From Nemertoderma westbladi (lineage: Eukaryota; Animalia; Xenacoelomorpha): a DNA stretch of 64,000 nucleotides. Under the pieces are notes generated by a model. The model ran no database searches. It was not told the DNA's origin and saw only the letters and a list, made by a program, of their open reading frames with translations. Of the stretch, positions 62,301 through 64,000 are shown in pieces. The stretch is from positions 1 to 64,000 of the forward strand of contig JAUCBJ010000938.1 in the NCBI GenBank assembly GCA_032718475.1, in the 5' to 3' direction. The first letter of the stretch is position 1; each line of letters begins with the position of its first letter. A program made the position numbers and the translations under genes.

Positions 62301-64000
62301 TATAGAGACTAGCTGATGGTTTCCTGACCAATGTATCCTATAGAGACTAGCTGAGGGGTTCCTGGCCAATGTATCCTATAGAGACTAGCTGAGGGGTTCC
62401 TGGCCAATGTATCCTATAGAGACTAGCTGAGAGGTTCCTGGCCAATGGATCCTATAGAGACTAGCTGAGGGGTTCCTGGCCAATGTATCCTATAGAGACT
62501 AGCTGAGGGGTTCCTGACCAATTGATTTTATAGATACTAGCTTAGAGGTTCCTGGCCAATGTATCCTATAGAGACTAGCTGAGGGGTTCCTGGCCAATGG
62601 ATCCTTTAGAGACTAGCTGATGGTTTCCTGACCAATGTATCCTATAGAGACTAGCTGATGGTTTCCTGACCAATGTATCCTATAGAGACTAGCTGATGGT
62701 TTCCTGACCAATGTATCCTATAGAGACTAGCTGAGGGGTTCCTGGCCAATGTATCCTATAGAGACTAGCTGAGGGGTTCCTGACCAATTGATTTTATAGA
62801 TACTAGCTTAGAGGTTCCTGGCCAATGTATCCTATAGAGACTAGCTGAGGGGTTCCTGGCCAATGTATCCTATAGAGACTAGCTGATGGTTTCCTGACCA
62901 ATGTATCCTATAGAGACTAGCTGATGGTTTCCTGACCAATGTATCCTATAGAGACTAGCTGAGGGGTTCCTGGCCAATGTATCCTATAGAGACTAGCTGA
63001 GGGGTTCCTGGCCAATGTATCCTATAGAGACTAGCTGATGGTTTCCTGACCAATGTATCCTATAGAGACTAGCTGAGGGTTTCCTGGCCAATGTATCCTA
63101 TAGAGAGTAGCTTAGAGGTTCCTGGCCAATGTATCCTATAGAGACTAGCTGAGGGGTTCCTGGCCAATGTATCCTATAGAGACTAGCTGAGAGGTTCCTG
63201 GCCAATGTATCCTATAGAGACTAGCTGAGGGGTTCCTGGCCAATGTATCCTATAGAGACTAGCTGAGGGTTTCCTGGCCAATGTATCCTATAGAGACTAG
63301 CTGAGGGGTTCCTGGCCAATGTATCCTATAGAGACTAGCTGAGGGTTTCCTGGCCAATGGATCCTATAGAGACTAGCTGAGAAGTTCCTGGCCAATGTAT
63401 CCTATAGAGACTAGCTGAGGGTTTCCTGGCCAATGTATCCTATAAAGACTAGCTGAGAGGTTCCTGGCCAATGTATCCTATAGAGACTAGCTGAGAGGTT
63501 CCTGGTCAATGGATCCTATAGAGACTAGCTGAGGGTTTCCTGGCCAATGTATCCTATAAAGACTAGCTGAGAGGTTCCTGGCCAATGTATCCTATAGAGA
63601 CTAGCTGAGAGGTTCCTGGTCAATGGATCCTATAGAGACTAGCTGAGGGTATCCTGGCCAATGTATCCTATAGAGACTAGCTGAGGGGTTCCTGGCCAAT
63701 GTATCCTATAGAGACTAGCTGAGGGGTTCCTGGCCAATGGATCCTATAGAGACTAGCTGAGAGGTTCCTGGCCAATGTATCCTATAGAGACTAGCTGAGA
63801 GGTTCCTGGCCAATGTATCCTATAGAGACTAGCTGAGAGGCTCCTGGCCAATGTATCCTATAGAGACTAGCTGAGAGGTTCCTGGCCAATGTATCCTATA
63901 GAGACTAGCTGAGAGGTTCCTGGCCAATGTATCCTATAAAGACTAGCTGAGAGGTTCCTGGCCAATGTATCCTATAGAGACTAGATGAGGGGTTCCTGGC
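8325..64000. repeat. 38-bp tandem satellite/minisatellite array (about 1,460 monomers), running off the window end
   Basis: Head-to-tail copies of TAGCTGAGGGGTTCCTGGCCAATGTATCCTATAGAGAC (38 nt, 50% GC, no CpG in the consensus), all in one orientation. No unique spacer or insertion was seen. Copy number is estimated as 55,676/38. Confidence 0.98.

Noticed and set aside
8325-64000. CRISPR array (repeat length 38 bp, partly palindromic)
   Set aside because: Monomers are directly head-to-tail with no unique spacers, there are no cas genes, and the context is eukaryotic.

Overview
Eukaryotic genomic DNA, probably animal; the lineage is inferred only from repeat content and cannot be established from the sequence. 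About 8.3 kb of mostly unique sequence is followed by about 55.7 kb of a single 38-bp tandem satellite that runs off the right edge. The unique part holds the decayed 3' end of a CRE-clade (restriction-like endonuclease) non-LTR retrotransposon at 1-860 with a foldable downstream region. It also contains a 278-bp MITE with GG-start TIRs and an 8-bp TSD (1502-1779), several other degenerate repeats, a ~160-bp foldback element about 100 bp upstream of an intronless 685-aa anoctamin/TMEM16 gene (6108-8165), and that gene itself. The satellite (consensus TAGCTGAGGGGTTCCTGGCCAATGTATCCTATAGAGAC, roughly 1,460 copies) starts about 160 bp after the anoctamin stop codon. Its monomers vary at a few discrete sites, form regional variant domains and kb-scale internal duplications, and grade from diverged (left edge) to homogeneous. 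It is not a CRISPR array. I found no unambiguous novel multi-gene system. The best leads are the satellite architecture (possibly subtelomeric or centromeric) and the atypical anoctamin.
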